This document shows positions 44,761-56,688 of a stretch of DNA of 64,000 nucleotides, one piece after another. The notes below the pieces were generated by a model that saw nothing but the letters and a program-made list of their open reading frames with translations, searched no databases and had not been told where the DNA came from. The DNA is from Macrostomum lignano (Eukaryota), in NCBI GenBank assembly GCA_002269645.1, contig NIVC01001405.1, forward strand, positions 1-64,000, given 5' to 3'. A program made the position numbers and the translations under genes. Within the stretch, counting starts at the first letter, position 1. The number at the start of each line of letters is the position of its first letter.

Positions 44761-47700
44761 TCAGGGTGGTCCGCCGGTCCGTCCTGCAGCGTGATCTTCC
44801 GTTGGGAAGAAACTGGCTCGTCTAGTCGCCCGAAGGAACTGGATGAGCCGTGGGATGCTGTCGGGCTGGCAAACCTCGTCAATGGACGGGTTCGGCCCGA
44901 GGTAGCGTAGCCGGTCTCTGTTAAAGAAAGGGCAGTGACAGACAAAGTGCTGAGCATCTTCATTGTCGCACTCGCAAAAGGGGCAAATTTCGCTCTCGAG
45001 GTCGCCTCGGAGGAAGCAGTGCCTGGCGAGGTAGCCATGGCCGGTAAGGGTCATGACAAGGGCTCGAATATCCTTCCGATTCTGGTTCAGAAGGATGTTT
45101 CTGAGCCTGTGAGACGGGCAAGGAACCGCGGCACGAGATTGCCGGCAGTTTTGGGTGCCCGCCCATCTGTCCCTGTGGAGGGAGTCAGCCCAGTCGTCGA
45201 TCTGACGATTGATGACTGTCAAGGGCATAGGGACCAGGGGGGCAGGGCCGAAAAAAGAGCCAGAGCCGCCCCTCTTGGCGAGGGTGTCTGCCAGCTCGTT
45301 CCCCGGAAACCCTGCGTGCCCTGGGATCCACTTCAGCCTGACAGTATTGCTTCTGGCCAGGAGGTTGAGCTGCCGGGCGCAGTCGGCGACTGTCCGGGAG
45401 TTCGTTGTGGTGTGGCAAAGGGCCTGTAAGGCCGCTTGGCTGTCGGAGTGGATGACAATAGTCTTTCCTCTCGTAACCTTGGCGTTTAGCTCTGCAGCGC
45501 AAGAGCTGATGGCAAGGACTTCGTTCTGGAAGACTGTGGAGAGTCTACCAGTGTGCTGGGCATGCGTGGCAATTACGCGGCCGTTGATGATGATGCAGAC
45601 CCCAAAGCCGGCGCGACCGTCTTTGATGGATCCGTCCGTGTAGCAATGGACCTCCTGGAAATTCCAGTGGTCATTGGCAGCATCCCTAGAGGGGATGGTG
45701 ACCTTGTAGCGCTGAAAGAGGTTGAGAGTGCGGGGTTCGCCGTCAGATAGGACGTGGAGCCCGCCGCTGTCTCTCAAGTCCTTGAGGCAGAGGTCAGCGT
45801 GGGGCAGAAGCTTGCGCTTAGCCATGGCCCTATGGGGCTGGATTCGAATGCCAGCGTCAGCTAGACGGCGGGCAGTCTTAGCCGCTTCCCTGCGGACAAA
45901 GATGTCCAGCGGAGGAATGTTGAGGAAGGCGTTGAGGCCATCGTAAGGAGCAGACGGAGGGGCGCTCATGATCGTGCGACAAGCGCGCCCTTGCGCTCTC
46001 CTGAGAGCCTCTAGACAGGTCTTTATCTGCAGGGCGCTAGCCCAGATCAGGCCGCCATACGAGATAGCGGGCCTAACCATTGCAGTGTAGATCCACCAGA
46101 GGCGCTTGGGGGTGAGCCCCCAGGTGGTGCCGACGGCCCTGCGCAATTGCGCGAGGACTGCGAAGGCCTTTTTGGCTTTTGTTTGAACGTGGGGAGACCA
46201 GTTCAGCCTGTGGTCCAGGGTAATACCCAGACATTTAGTCTGCTTGCAGAAGGGGATTTCCCTTCCGTAAAGCGTGAGCGGCCGAATCTGCCACTTGGTC
46301 CTGCTGGTGAACATGATCGCTGCGGTCTTAGTCTCAGAGAGCCTTAAACCACAGCGGTCCGCCCATTGCTCAGCAGCGTAGATGAAGTTCTGAAGAAGGT
46401 CCCTGAGGGTATCAGGGGACGGACCAGATGCCACCGCGGTGACATCGTCCGCATATCCAACTTTCAGAATGGGGTCAGGCCGAACATCCCGGAGGAGCTC
46501 ATCGATGACCATATTCCAGAGAACTGGAGACAGCACCCCACCTTGCGGGCTACCTTTGCAGACGGGGACCGTCCTCTGGTAGCCCAGCAGACTGGCGGTG
46601 GCCGTGCGATGGCTGATCATGTACATGATCCATCTGGTGAGATGTGAGTGCGTTAGCCTCTCACAAAGAGCTCTTCGGAACGCCTCAAAGAGGACGTTAT
46701 CGAAGGCGCCAATGATGTCCAGGAAGATCCCCAGAGCAAAGCCACTACCAAGCACGGCCTTCTCGAGTTTATCGACCAGGACGTGCAGCGCGCTTTCAGT
46801 GGAGCGACCCGCCCGAAAAGCGTGCTGGTTCTCGCTGAGAGGTTTGTTCTTCAGCTCAACAGAGAGAAGGCGCCAAAGCACCAGTCTCTCCATCAGCTTG
46901 ACCAGGGAGGAGGTCAAGCTGATCGGTCTGAAGGATTTGATAGAATGGTAGTCCGGGCGGCCTGGCTTAGGGATAAAGATCACCTTTGCCTCGGTCCATG
47001 CCTGCGGGACATAACCAAGCGTGATGCATGCCCGAAGAAGGCTGCAAAGTTTGCGCAGGAAGCCTGGGCATTTAACCGCCTCTCTTAGAAGGGCCGGTAC
47101 AATGCCGTCGGGTCCTGGGGCTTTGAAAGGCTTGAAGGAATTTGCCGCTCTCACAATGCGGTCCTCCGTGATGATAGATGCAGCCAGCGCGTGACCTCCC
47201 TCCGAGTGATCCGGAGTGGTCTGGTTAGCTGGCTCGTTAGGGAAAAACGCAGTGAGCATTACATCAAGCGTTTCCCCTGGGTTGTCCGTGGACGTACCGT
47301 CGGTGCGTTTGACCGAGGAGAGCTTAGACATTTTGTCCAGCGTGAGCGCTTTCACAACTCTGGAGGTGGGGCGTGAGCCCTCTAGCTCCTCACAGTATTG
47401 TCGCCATTTTTGAGCCTTTGCATTCCTAACCTGCCTTTTAAACTCATGAATTGCTTCATGATAGGCGGTTTGGTCTGCAGGGCTCTTAGTTTTAGTTGCT
47501 CTGCGGTGGAGTCTCTTAGCCCTGCGACGGAGGTTGCCGAGCTCGGGATTCCACCACGGCGCCGATTTTTTCCCTTTATAGGCTTTTAAAGGGCAGGACG
47601 CCTCAAAGGCGGCGGTTAGCGTCTCTGTCAAAACAGTCGCGCACTCATCCGCCTCTCGGCACGACGTGATCGTGAATGGTTGGCCAGGAGACCGATGGAA

Positions 47701-48471
47701 TTCCTTCAGGGCGAGCCCGAAGGTTTCCCAATCAGTATTTCTGGCGTTCCGTCTCCACATAACACGAGTTGCGCTACGCGCGGCCATTAGGTTGAAGGAG
47801 ATGAACTTGTGATCCGATAGTGAGGACACTGGAAGCACCCGCCACGCCCCAATACTCTGGTAGAGTCTGGGCGTTGCGAGCGTAGCGTCGATCACCTCCG
47901 ACCACCGTCCGTTGTCAAAGGTAGGGGTGGACCCAGAGTTGCAGAACTCGAGGGTCGTAGAGGCAACGTAGGCTAGGAGGTCTTCGCCTCTCTGATTAAT
48001 GCCAGTGCTGCCCCAGTGAGTGTGGTGGGCGTTGATGTCGCCGGCAACCATGAGCTCGTAGTTTTTGGCAGAGCAGAGCTCTACCAGCGTAGCGAGGGCT
48101 CTGGGGACGACCGCAGCATCGCCTGGTAGGTAAACCGAGGCAATGAGGGTGGTCTTCCCAGGAAGAAGGTCCTCGGATTGGATGACGCAGATGTCCCTGT
48201 TGGACAGGTCCGATCTGAGCCACGCACTGAGCGTTTTGCTCGCAAAGATGCAAGCTCTGGGAGGCTGGTTGGCCTCGCGAGGGTAAGTATAAAAACAATT
48301 GTAGCCAGCAGGGGCGTTTTGAGGCTTACCTCTGAGAGTCCAGGGTTCCTGGACGAGGATGAGCCCCGGCTTGTCGAGCTCGGCGTAACGCATAAGGTTG
48401 ACCGAGGCTGCGACGCAGTGCTGCAGATTAATCTGCAGGCAATGGATTCCCTGGTTGCTGATCATTATCAC
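44761..48471 (-). CDS. LINE ORF2: AP endonuclease, reverse transcriptase, RNase H and C-terminal zinc knuckle
   Basis: LQINLQH, VQEPW, GDINAHH..WGS, SDH; PQGGVLSP, YADD; YTDGS; CPFC..EDAQHFVCHC. Confidence 0.95.
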   Translation of the reverse strand: MIMISNQGIHCLQINLQHCVAASVNLMRYAELDKPGLILVQEPWTLRGKPQNAPAGYNCFYTYPREANQPPRACIFASKTLSAWLRSDLSNRDICVIQSEDLLPGKTTLIASVYLPGDAAVVPRALATLVELCSAKNYELMVAGDINAHHTHWGSTGINQRGEDLLAYVASTTLEFCNSGSTPTFDNGRWSEVIDATLATPRLYQSIGAWRVLPVSSLSDHKFISFNLMAARSATRVMWRRNARNTDWETFGLALKEFHRSPGQPFTITSCREADECATVLTETLTAAFEASCPLKAYKGKKSAPWWNPELGNLRRRAKRLHRRATKTKSPADQTAYHEAIHEFKRQVRNAKAQKWRQYCEELEGSRPTSRVVKALTLDKMSKLSSVKRTDGTSTDNPGETLDVMLTAFFPNEPANQTTPDHSEGGHALAASIITEDRIVRAANSFKPFKAPGPDGIVPALLREAVKCPGFLRKLCSLLRACITLGYVPQAWTEAKVIFIPKPGRPDYHSIKSFRPISLTSSLVKLMERLVLWRLLSVELKNKPLSENQHAFRAGRSTESALHVLVDKLEKAVLGSGFALGIFLDIIGAFDNVLFEAFRRALCERLTHSHLTRWIMYMISHRTATASLLGYQRTVPVCKGSPQGGVLSPVLWNMVIDELLRDVRPDPILKVGYADDVTAVASGPSPDTLRDLLQNFIYAAEQWADRCGLRLSETKTAAIMFTSRTKWQIRPLTLYGREIPFCKQTKCLGITLDHRLNWSPHVQTKAKKAFAVLAQLRRAVGTTWGLTPKRLWWIYTAMVRPAISYGGLIWASALQIKTCLEALRRAQGRACRTIMSAPPSAPYDGLNAFLNIPPLDIFVRREAAKTARRLADAGIRIQPHRAMAKRKLLPHADLCLKDLRDSGGLHVLSDGEPRTLNLFQRYKVTIPSRDAANDHWNFQEVHCYTDGSIKDGRAGFGVCIIINGRVIATHAQHTGRLSTVFQNEVLAISSCAAELNAKVTRGKTIVIHSDSQAALQALCHTTTNSRTVADCARQLNLLARSNTVRLKWIPGHAGFPGNELADTLAKRGGSGSFFGPAPLVPMPLTVINRQIDDWADSLHRDRWAGTQNCRQSRAAVPCPSHRLRNILLNQNRKDIRALVMTLTGHGYLARHCFLRGDLESEICPFCECDNEDAQHFVCHCPFFNRDRLRYLGPNPSIDEVCQPDSIPRLIQFLRATRRASFFPTEDHAAGRTGGPP

Positions 48472-49934
48472 GCAGTTGGGGAATCGTTGAGCAGGTCATC
48501 CTCCTCCTTTTCAGTGGTGGGTGACCCGCAGACCTCCATGGGAGTTTCAGCGTCCTCAGCAGTTAGGGTGGCTGTGGAGTCCTCCGCGGACGTGAGCCCA
48601 GCGTGGACGTTACCGTCGCCTCTCCTGCGTGCTTCGGTGCTGTCACTGCCCGTCCCCTCTGCCTCGTCGGTCAGGTCGATGCGGGTGGCGCCAGCCTCCT
48701 GGTGAGTCACAGACTCGAACCAGTCGGTCGGAGCCTCCCCGCTTAGAGTCTGGCCTTCTGGCTGTTGGGGTGGAGCGCGAGAAGCGCGGGCCCGCTCACG
48801 ATGCGCACGAAGGTTCTTGGCCTGGTCCAGCGCGCGCTGGATCAGGCCGGACCTCCGGGTGCTCCTGGCGGGTCTGCGATTGCGATTTCCGGTTTCAGCA
48901 GCGCGAACTGCCTTACCGGGCATAGGATCGGCCGTTTGCCTCGGCTTCTTTGCCGGAGGAGCCTGGGCCCCAGTTCCGGTTTCGGAAGCTTTGGCATTCT
49001 TGGCTTCATCAGCTTTCCGCTCCTCGCAACGGAGGATGGTCAGCTGAGTCAGACCAATATGAATTGTGGACTTAGGCGGCAAGCGCTTAGCCCAGTCATC
49101 AGAGAGCCCTAGGATCACCGTAGCCCCCTTCTCCTTGCGGGAAGTGGCGTGGTGTAGGAGCCCGTTGACCTTAAGGTCGGGGTGCAGCTTTAGCAATATT
49201 TGCCTAAGCTGATCTCCGGACTTAATGGCACTGCCGGCCGGGATCCAGACGCGAAAGCGCTGGGTCTTCTGTCGTTCGCCCTCGCTGGCGAAGACGAGCT
49301 TGCCGAGCTTCTTGGGCCAGTTCAGCTTTGGCAGAAGCTCGCGTAGATTGCGGCTGCTCTCCTCCGAGCTGCACCAGATGAAGATGCAGCCGTCGGTCTT
49401 GGCAGACTTGACCACGCTCACAGGGCGGCCCGCCAGGAGCTGGTCGATGAGCGCAGCATCGATGGTGCGCCAGGCACTGTCGAGCTCGTCGGCCGTGAGG
49501 TCCTGCTCTTCCCCGAAGACGATGACCGCCGGTTGGAGCTTGACCTTTGAGGCGTAGTTGGTGGCGGCGGTTCCCGAAGGCCCGGCCGCGCTTGTAGCAG
49601 GTATACTGGGTGGCTCACCAGCGGGGGTTGTATCCTGGGGGGCAGGGGTTGCTGTGGTTCCTTTCGGCCCAACAGCAGCCTCGCCCTCCCTAGGTTCCCC
49701 TTCCGCCGGTGGCCGGCCCGCAGTACCCCGTAGTCGCCGTCGCCGCTCGTTGCGGCGTTGGTTGCGGGTGCGTCGGGCTTCAGCGGAGGGCCCGGTTGCG
49801 CGTGCGGGCATGTCACCAGCCGAGCCGGCGGCAAGCCCATCTGCCCCCGGTGGGGCGGCGCTGGTGCCAGAGTCACCGGCCGGAGTTGCCGGGGCCCCGG
49901 CTTCAGCGGGGGTTAAAGAGGCGGATGACGCCAT
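48468..49934 (-). CDS. LINE ORF1 (488 aa)
   Basis: Open ORF directly upstream of ORF2, with a central folded region flanked by low-complexity segments; no CCHC knuckle seen. Confidence 0.85.
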   Translation of the reverse strand: MASSASLTPAEAGAPATPAGDSGTSAAPPGADGLAAGSAGDMPARATGPSAEARRTRNQRRNERRRRLRGTAGRPPAEGEPREGEAAVGPKGTTATPAPQDTTPAGEPPSIPATSAAGPSGTAATNYASKVKLQPAVIVFGEEQDLTADELDSAWRTIDAALIDQLLAGRPVSVVKSAKTDGCIFIWCSSEESSRNLRELLPKLNWPKKLGKLVFASEGERQKTQRFRVWIPAGSAIKSGDQLRQILLKLHPDLKVNGLLHHATSRKEKGATVILGLSDDWAKRLPPKSTIHIGLTQLTILRCEERKADEAKNAKASETGTGAQAPPAKKPRQTADPMPGKAVRAAETGNRNRRPARSTRRSGLIQRALDQAKNLRAHRERARASRAPPQQPEGQTLSGEAPTDWFESVTHQEAGATRIDLTDEAEGTGSDSTEARRRGDGNVHAGLTSAEDSTATLTAEDAETPMEVCGSPTTEKEEDDLLNDSPTA

Positions 49935-50117
49935 AGCTGAAAGCGGGAAGGAGTGAGCTGAGTCACAAAAGAAAGAGGAAAGAAGAAAAAGAAAAGGACC
50001 GCTAGCGACCGGACAACCCCCCGGCCTTCCAGCCCATCGGCACGGTCAAACACCTTAGGCATTAGGGGGTACGTTAAGCAGTACCACGGCCTGCAGGCTG
50101 GCAAGCCAGACCCGCAT

Positions 50118-50407
50118 ACCCAAATTCGGCCGAAGCCACTGGATGGGTCGCCAGCGTCGGAGCCCAGTCTGTCCAGCAGCCCTAGGGTCTGCCTTGAACA
50201 CACGCGGGGACGAGTACCCTGGGTCGACTTGTGAAACAGCGTGAGGGGGGGGGGTCTGCGGCTGCCAGTGGCAAATAGCGGGTGCAGACCTCCCTCTCCA
50301 GCCTTGACCTGCTGAATATAGGGGCAGGCGTGAAGCATCGCAGACCGTAGCCCTTAGGCCTGGTCTGTCTCATACTTCACTGGCGTGCTGAATACACCTT
50401 CGCGTGC
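50118..50407 (-). ncRNA. Candidate HDV-like self-cleaving ribozyme at the LINE 5' end
   Basis: P1 GCACGCG (50407-50401) pairs with CGCGUGU (50206-50200), including the G1-U wobble. P3 GGG/CCC; L3 UACUCGU; P1.1 AC/GU; P2 ACCCA/UGGGU; J4/2 CGAA. Confidence 0.7.
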
Positions 50408-50420
50408 GGCGCGGGACGGG

Positions 50421-50503
50421 AGCTCTGACTGGGGACCTGGGGGTCGCAGCTTCCCGACAGGTTAAAGCTGTAGGCGTTGCTCCGGAGGACGGGGCTCACA
50501 ACA
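50421..50503 (+). repeat. 3' LTR, right part
   Basis: AGCTCTGACTGGGG...GGGGCTCACAACA matches the 5' LTR end and is followed by the CGTT TSD. Confidence 0.95.
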
Positions 50504-53500
50504 CGTTCTATAACGTTACATGGGTTTGTATCATGGGATTCATAATGCGTTTGTATCATGCTAGGCTTAGCGTTACAAATTCTAGGACAGGCAGTCAACT
50601 TTCTGGCAGTCATTTCGCAGGCCCCGTTTGTGTTCAATCCGGACGTTTTCGAAATAGAATTGAGTATGCTTTGGCCGAGTTGGCTCGCCAGTAGGATGAA
50701 GTTGGCCTGACCTGACGAATAGTGAACGCTTACTTCAAAGTAGAATCTGGTCCTGGCGAGTTCGAATCTCACTTCTGGACACACACAGAAGCTCGCAAGC
50801 ACTATCTCTGTGTGCTAAAATTCCTCCCAAAAAAACAAAGTCTCCCCCAACCAAGCAGTGAAGCCTCGAGGGCGGGGCCGCTCAGTTCACAGCTGTCCAG
50901 AAAAGGTCGCGTGGCAGTGGCTCAATTAGCGCTGGGGCACACAGGAAGATAAGCAGCAGCCGAAGACGCTACTGTCAATGGCCTGCAACTGCAGAAGCAT
51001 GGGAAGGGGAGGAACCTCAGACTTAAACACGGATGCGCCGAGCTCATTAGGAGGATCCGGTCGCGGTCGCAGCGCTGTACCCACCAATGCTGCGCTTCTA
51101 CTGGGTGCGCAAACACTGACTGGCGCTTCTCTAACTAGCAAAACAGAAAGTCAGAAGCACTTTCACCGAATTGTCTCCCTACTCTCCCTATTGTCACCGA
51201 AATGGCTCAGATAAACCTACTCCTACACTTAATGGGCTTCAGAGCTACTATTAGTAGCATAGAATCATTTTAAATGAACAGACATTCGGACAGAAGCTCA
51301 ACAAGTTTGAGAATAAGTGCAGAACAGCCTGCGCAGTTGGAGAACTGGACTACTCATCTGCAAAAGTCCAAATAAATTGACTTTCATCTATTCATTTTAT
51401 TCCAATAGCATCGATGCGGCAGTTAAGAACAGCGCAGCTACAGACTGAAGCCGACAATAGTGGCGTCATCTGCCCAGTCGATACCTTGGCATCAAGAAGG
51501 ATCGCTTGAGCGAGTTAATTCTTAATTGTAAGAATTTATCCCCTATAGTTTTCTTTCCACTGGACTTGCTTAATTGCAGGCGTGTGGAAATCGCATTTTG
51601 TCCTGCGGGCGTGCCAATGACCCCTGTCATGCTAATTAACCAATTACGGCAAGGCAAAGCAAGACAAGGCAAGCCTTCTTTCAGCTCGGGCGGGAGAGGC
51701 GAGGAAATGAAGTTGTGCAGCAGCCAACAGGGCACCTCCCTTTGCTGGTCAGTTCTGGCGATGGAGAGGTAGGCGAAGGAAGCTGCGGCCGGCTGATTGA
51801 GGGCAGTTCGGGCCTTGATTCGATTCTAGAATGTCTCGGCGCTATCCAGCTTCAGCTGCAAATGGAGCAGCGAGTGGCAGATGAGGCGAGGAGAGGCGCC
51901 TCTGGGAGAAACTGCGAGAAGTTCGCATCCTGCAGTTCCACGTGGAGCTGCCCTCCAACCCTGAGAGCTTCCAACCGAGGCAGGGCTGCATTTGTTCGGA
52001 AATCCGAGCCCGACCCGAGCTGTCACTGCTAGCTGGCACTCACTTTCGCGAACTTCCGAATGTGTTTGCTGAGTTGAAACGCGAGAGCTTAGCCTGCAGA
52101 AGTGCGGCAAGCCGGGGGGGGGGGGGCAAGCGAGGCGGCACTAAATGGCGAAGACTTGATTAGCCGCTGAGCGATATTCCGTCCGCGCTGATTCTCTTCC
52201 TTCATCTCCTTTATGAGCTGGCGGTAAGCCCCTACCAGTGTCTTACCCAAGTCTTGAATGCAGCCGGCTTTTCGGGCCATAAAAAGCTGCATCAAGGCTC
52301 CACCAGAGCAGCTGGCAGCCAGACAGACGGCCAGTTGGACTTTCTGAGCAGCATTGGCTCAGTGCGAGTTATCGACCGACTGTCTTGCTCACATCGGGTG
52401 GGGGGGGGCATTGATTATTCAGAAATTAATTATTTTTCACCGTTAATGAATGTAATTACCGCATGTCTGCGGAAGGAAACTGCAAGTTCTCAACTTGATG
52501 ACAGAGGACTCGGCCTTCTGATGCCAAGATGGGATGCGAAATTTAAAAGTTATTTAAAAGTTAAAACTAGCGCTGAAACCATCAGTAAGGTAATGCGGGT
52601 CAGAAAATAGGCAGGCAGGAGAGAGAAACGGGGCCAAAAGGGCTGCCCAGCAAACTCAAGGCCAGTTTTTCAACCTCGACCGAGGCGGGGCAGCCACTTT
52701 AAGACCTGTCAAGCCTCGTCGATCCGTGTCTGCTCTAGAAAAAATAGAAGCAGGAAAAGTTTTCTTAAAGATACCCTCGGGCTCTCTCGCTTGAGCTGCT
52801 GCTGGGCGCTCCATCACCTGCGCGAACTTGAGGGTCTAAGCGGACACACTATCGAAAAAGTTGAAAAGGAAAAAAACACTTCAGACCCACTTTCTCTCGC
52901 TTCGCAGTCGTTGAGAAAAAAATATATCTTCCCCGGTTGCTTCGATAGGATCGCCTCTTTCTTTTTCGCTTATCTTTTCAATTATTCAGTCGCCGTCGCC
53001 TCCGCAGCCGCCGCCGCCGCGGGAAAGACAGCGAGAGAGGCGGCTCATCAAGATGAAGAGGAGGTCCGCCGAGGTGAGAGAGAGAGCAAGAGACGGAAGG
53101 GCTCCCGGGGTCGTACTTATTCGCTTTACTTCAAGCTCATTCCAGGCTCTCGTTTCGTCTTGAAAGCGCGCGGCGCACACTTTCTCCTGTCTGCAAAGTT
53201 CACGGGCGCCCAGCCGCTAACCACCGCATTAGTGGGGCTCTCTTGGGCCGGTGCATTTGCCACTGGGCTTGCTCTCTCTCTCTCTCAGCCCTGGCTTCCA
53301 TTTCGCTCCTTGTCTGAGTGGCCGCCGGTCCCTCTCTCTCGCCCAACCGTGTACTTTTACTTGTTTTATTATTCTGTCAAAAGAAAAGGCTAAGGAGGCG
53401 GATCCTAGGCTGGTATTTAGCGGCCCAGTGGCTATAATGCTGTCTGATATGCATCTCGCTGGCAGTGCAGCTGACCCAGCCAGTTCTCTGCCTCATCATC

Positions 53501-56500
53501 CATCGATCAAATTGAATGCGATTTTTCGCACGTCAGTCAGCGCTTGAAGTAAAGGAGAGCAGCCATATTTGGAGATGGGAAAGGAATAACAACAATAAGC
53601 ATAGGTTGGCAGGCACCTAGGTGTAACACCAAGGACCAATAGTACATAGTTACCGTTGTATCAGTTTTTTTAAGACTAAAGTTTACGCGGACTTAACTAT
53701 GTTTCCTTTCAGAAAAGCATAATTTATTAAGGCTTGAACTGTTAAATCTACATACAGTGCAATATTTAAAGTATAATTGTTATTATTTTACAATTTTAAA
53801 ACATGTGATGCATTTTTTTCTGCAATATTCTTCTAGAAAGTTGACAAATTATCGTTTTACGACTCGCAAGTGCAACCGATTCAAAGTTATGAGCATTTAA
53901 AGTTCAGCTGCACTGCAAACAAGCGAGACTCCAAATAATTTGCAACTTACACAGATGAAAGTCAGTACATATAGGAATGTGAGCACGTGACAAATTTTTT
54001 TTCAAAGCAGATCTTTGAAAATCGAAGTGGTTATTAACGCTCACTACTGAGAGACAAATTAAATATACGCTCGTACCCTTTTGTGCATTGCTCAAGCTTC
54101 GCTTTGGGGAAGGAACCCTTAATTAATAAGCAAACCAGAGCTTGGTAATCAAACCAGGCTATTATCAGATAAATATTCCAAACAGCAAAAGTTTTTAGAT
54201 GATTAAATTTTTCTAAGAAAGCAAAATTTCAGCAATGTACTTTTCTTTGCTAACACTAAAAGCTTGAGTTTGCCTTGAACTTGTTTTTAATTTCCTCATA
54301 TTTTTGCTGAAATTTTTTCCGAGGGTATTTTAATTAGGCAAGCAGAGCTCAGGTTATAAGACCGCTTGGGGTGACATGGATCATTTGAGCCAATAATTTT
54401 CCACAAAACGCATTAGTTAGATAGCCAGAATCTCGGTTGTGTTACTTTTTTGTGCCTTGTGAACTGCATGGATTCTGCACCGAAATTATGTCTCATTGCC
54501 CAAGGTTGCCAACACTGCATTTACCCCCGAGACAATGCCATGGCCAGAAATGTTCTTGTCTGTAACGATTAGGAGTGTCTGGGCTAATGCAAGGACGGGC
54601 GCTGTGAATCGAGTGGTCGAGGATTCTTGGACTCGATCAATGCGCCTGCAGATCGACCGCACCTCATACCTCACTGTTGCTAGCAGTGCTCTCGCACGGT
54701 CAGACACTGCTCAATGGAGAACCAACACCTCCTAATTCCCGTTAATCCTCCAATGCCCAAACCCGCACAATATTATCTTTACCCTCTAATTTTCGTTGTC
54801 TTACTGAAACGGGAGCGCGAGAGGTAACCGATCGTGTGATAAAGGTTATATTGATTGTGTCTGGAAAGCAAACAGCGTGTTGAGCCATTGACACAAGCGC
54901 TCGCCTTTACTTACGCCTCTGCTACTCTGCAATCGTTGAAGCTAACCCGGCTGAGTTCCTCAGTGAAACAATGAGTGTTTGTCTGTATAGTGTGTCGCTC
55001 AAAACACACTTAGTCCTTGGCTCGTAGGGCCTGGCCCTGCACTTCATATCGAGCCAGTGCCATCTGATTGATTGAGCAGCAGAGCCCAGCTTCTGTGCGA
55101 CACCGATACGCCTCGAGATGAGGCCGGCTGCCCAGTCTGCACTAAATAGATTGGCCAATTCTTCTCGGGAGACTCAAATTTTGTTTCAGACCAAACGCCT
55201 CGAAAAAAGCTAGCTGGGAAAGCCGCATTGGAGCAGCAGTAGAGCAATTGCATCGATTGAGTTTCTCAGTTTGCTCATGGACCTCCCCCCTCGCTGTCTC
55301 GCACCCTGGAGTCCCCTCTGGCGCAGAGATCAGCCGACCTCTCCGCCCCTCACTCCCAGCTGATAGACAGCTGTAATCTCGTTAGCATTTTGCATGGCGC
55401 ACATTTTTGTCCTCCTCCTGCCTTTGCCCCCCCCCCCTCCCACGATTTGCGCTGCTCTGAAAGCCTGCGCTTTCTCCGTTTTGCGAATTTGCCTTTCAGG
55501 CCTCTCAAGACCAGCCCAGACCCGCCCACCCTGCCTAAGCTGCTTTAGTAGTCGAATTACTCGCGATTGGCGCCCGATTGCGGGACGAAAGTGAAAACGA
55601 GGAAAAGCGAAATAGCGGGGATTTATGCGAGATTCTGAGAATTCACAAAGCTAGTATTGACCGAACGATTTCTTAAGAGCGAAGCGAAGCGAAAGAGTAG
55701 ACACCAGGGATTCGAGTGCTTTGGAGAATTTCCCCGGTGTCTCCTTTCCCAGCCTGATGGGAGGGAGAGCCTCGCTAATTGAGAGACAACTGCGCCGATA
55801 ATTGCTGTCGTCTAGCCCCCCTCTGGATGAGGCCAGAGTAGAGAAACCATTAATCCTAAATCCGTTTGACAATCCGTGCGGCCGCTGCAGGAATGAAATC
55901 ATCTGCGTGGGGATTTTTGTCTCAGCCATATTTTCTCCCTTCCTGCCGACACCATTGATTTTTTCAAGTAGCCGATTTGCGCAAGTAGCCGAGAAGCCAG
56001 GCTGAGGTCGGCCAGTTCGGCCACTCCCACCAACAACCCACCGAGGCTCTTCAGTCATGCACGCGAAAAATTGCGATTTTATCTAGCCTAACTCCCCAAA
56101 ACGCCGAGGCGACAGGCTCCCGAAAACCGGGCCTCAGTCGTTAGGCAAGCCGTGAAACTTATTTTTTACTAAATACTGAAAAAAGATTTCAGACAGCTGG
56201 ATATTTTTTAATCTTGTAAAAAAAATTCCAAGAATTTTCCACAGCATAGTCCGCATTGTCGTGCTAAATTCTAACGATTTTCCTACATAGCTAAGCTCCT
56301 GTCCAGGTCTAGACCAATTTACGTAGAAAAAGCAATCATTGAAGTAAGATGTACTCTGCTTGCAATGAAACTCCGACGGTTCGTCTAAAAGACATTTTTT
56401 AATCTTAATAGACACTTAGTACTTCTGAAAGAACAATGAACAGTTCTGATGCATTTCCTATTCCTTTCGCTGCCTAGCCGGCTAAGGCTCGAGGTCTCTC

Positions 56501-56579
56501 GTTCACTGACAGAGGCAGTCCATACTGGTGCTCCCACATTTTTTCTTACACCTGCCCTAATGGACAGCTAGATGTGCAA

Positions 56580-56688
56580 CCGACAGCTCAGCCGCAGCTA
56601 TTGCACGGCTGTTCAGTCCAAGGACTGGAGGGTCGCCACACCCTCACCCTCAATTACCCCAGCTAATGCTGGCACCCATTTTACAGCG
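56580..56688 (-). mobile_element. Partial CORE-type SINE copy
   Basis: Shares CCCTCAATTACCCCAGCTAATGCTGGCACCCATTTTACAGC with the copy near 25480-25520. Confidence 0.6.

Larger units (their letters stand above)
44649..50407 (-). mobile_element. Full-length non-LTR retrotransposon (APE-RT-RNase H, LOA/R1-group-like)
   Basis: 13-bp TSD GGCGCGGGACGGG (44636-44648 and 50408-50420), two intact ORFs and a 3' tail of (TAAGTCAAG)2. Confidence 0.95.
37708..50503 (+). mobile_element. Ty3/Gypsy LTR retrotransposon, full length, with a LINE nested in the 3' LTR
   Basis: TG...CA LTRs, 4-bp TSD CGTT (37704-37707 and 50504-50507), PBS, PPT, and gag followed by PR-RT-RH-IN. Confidence 0.97.
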
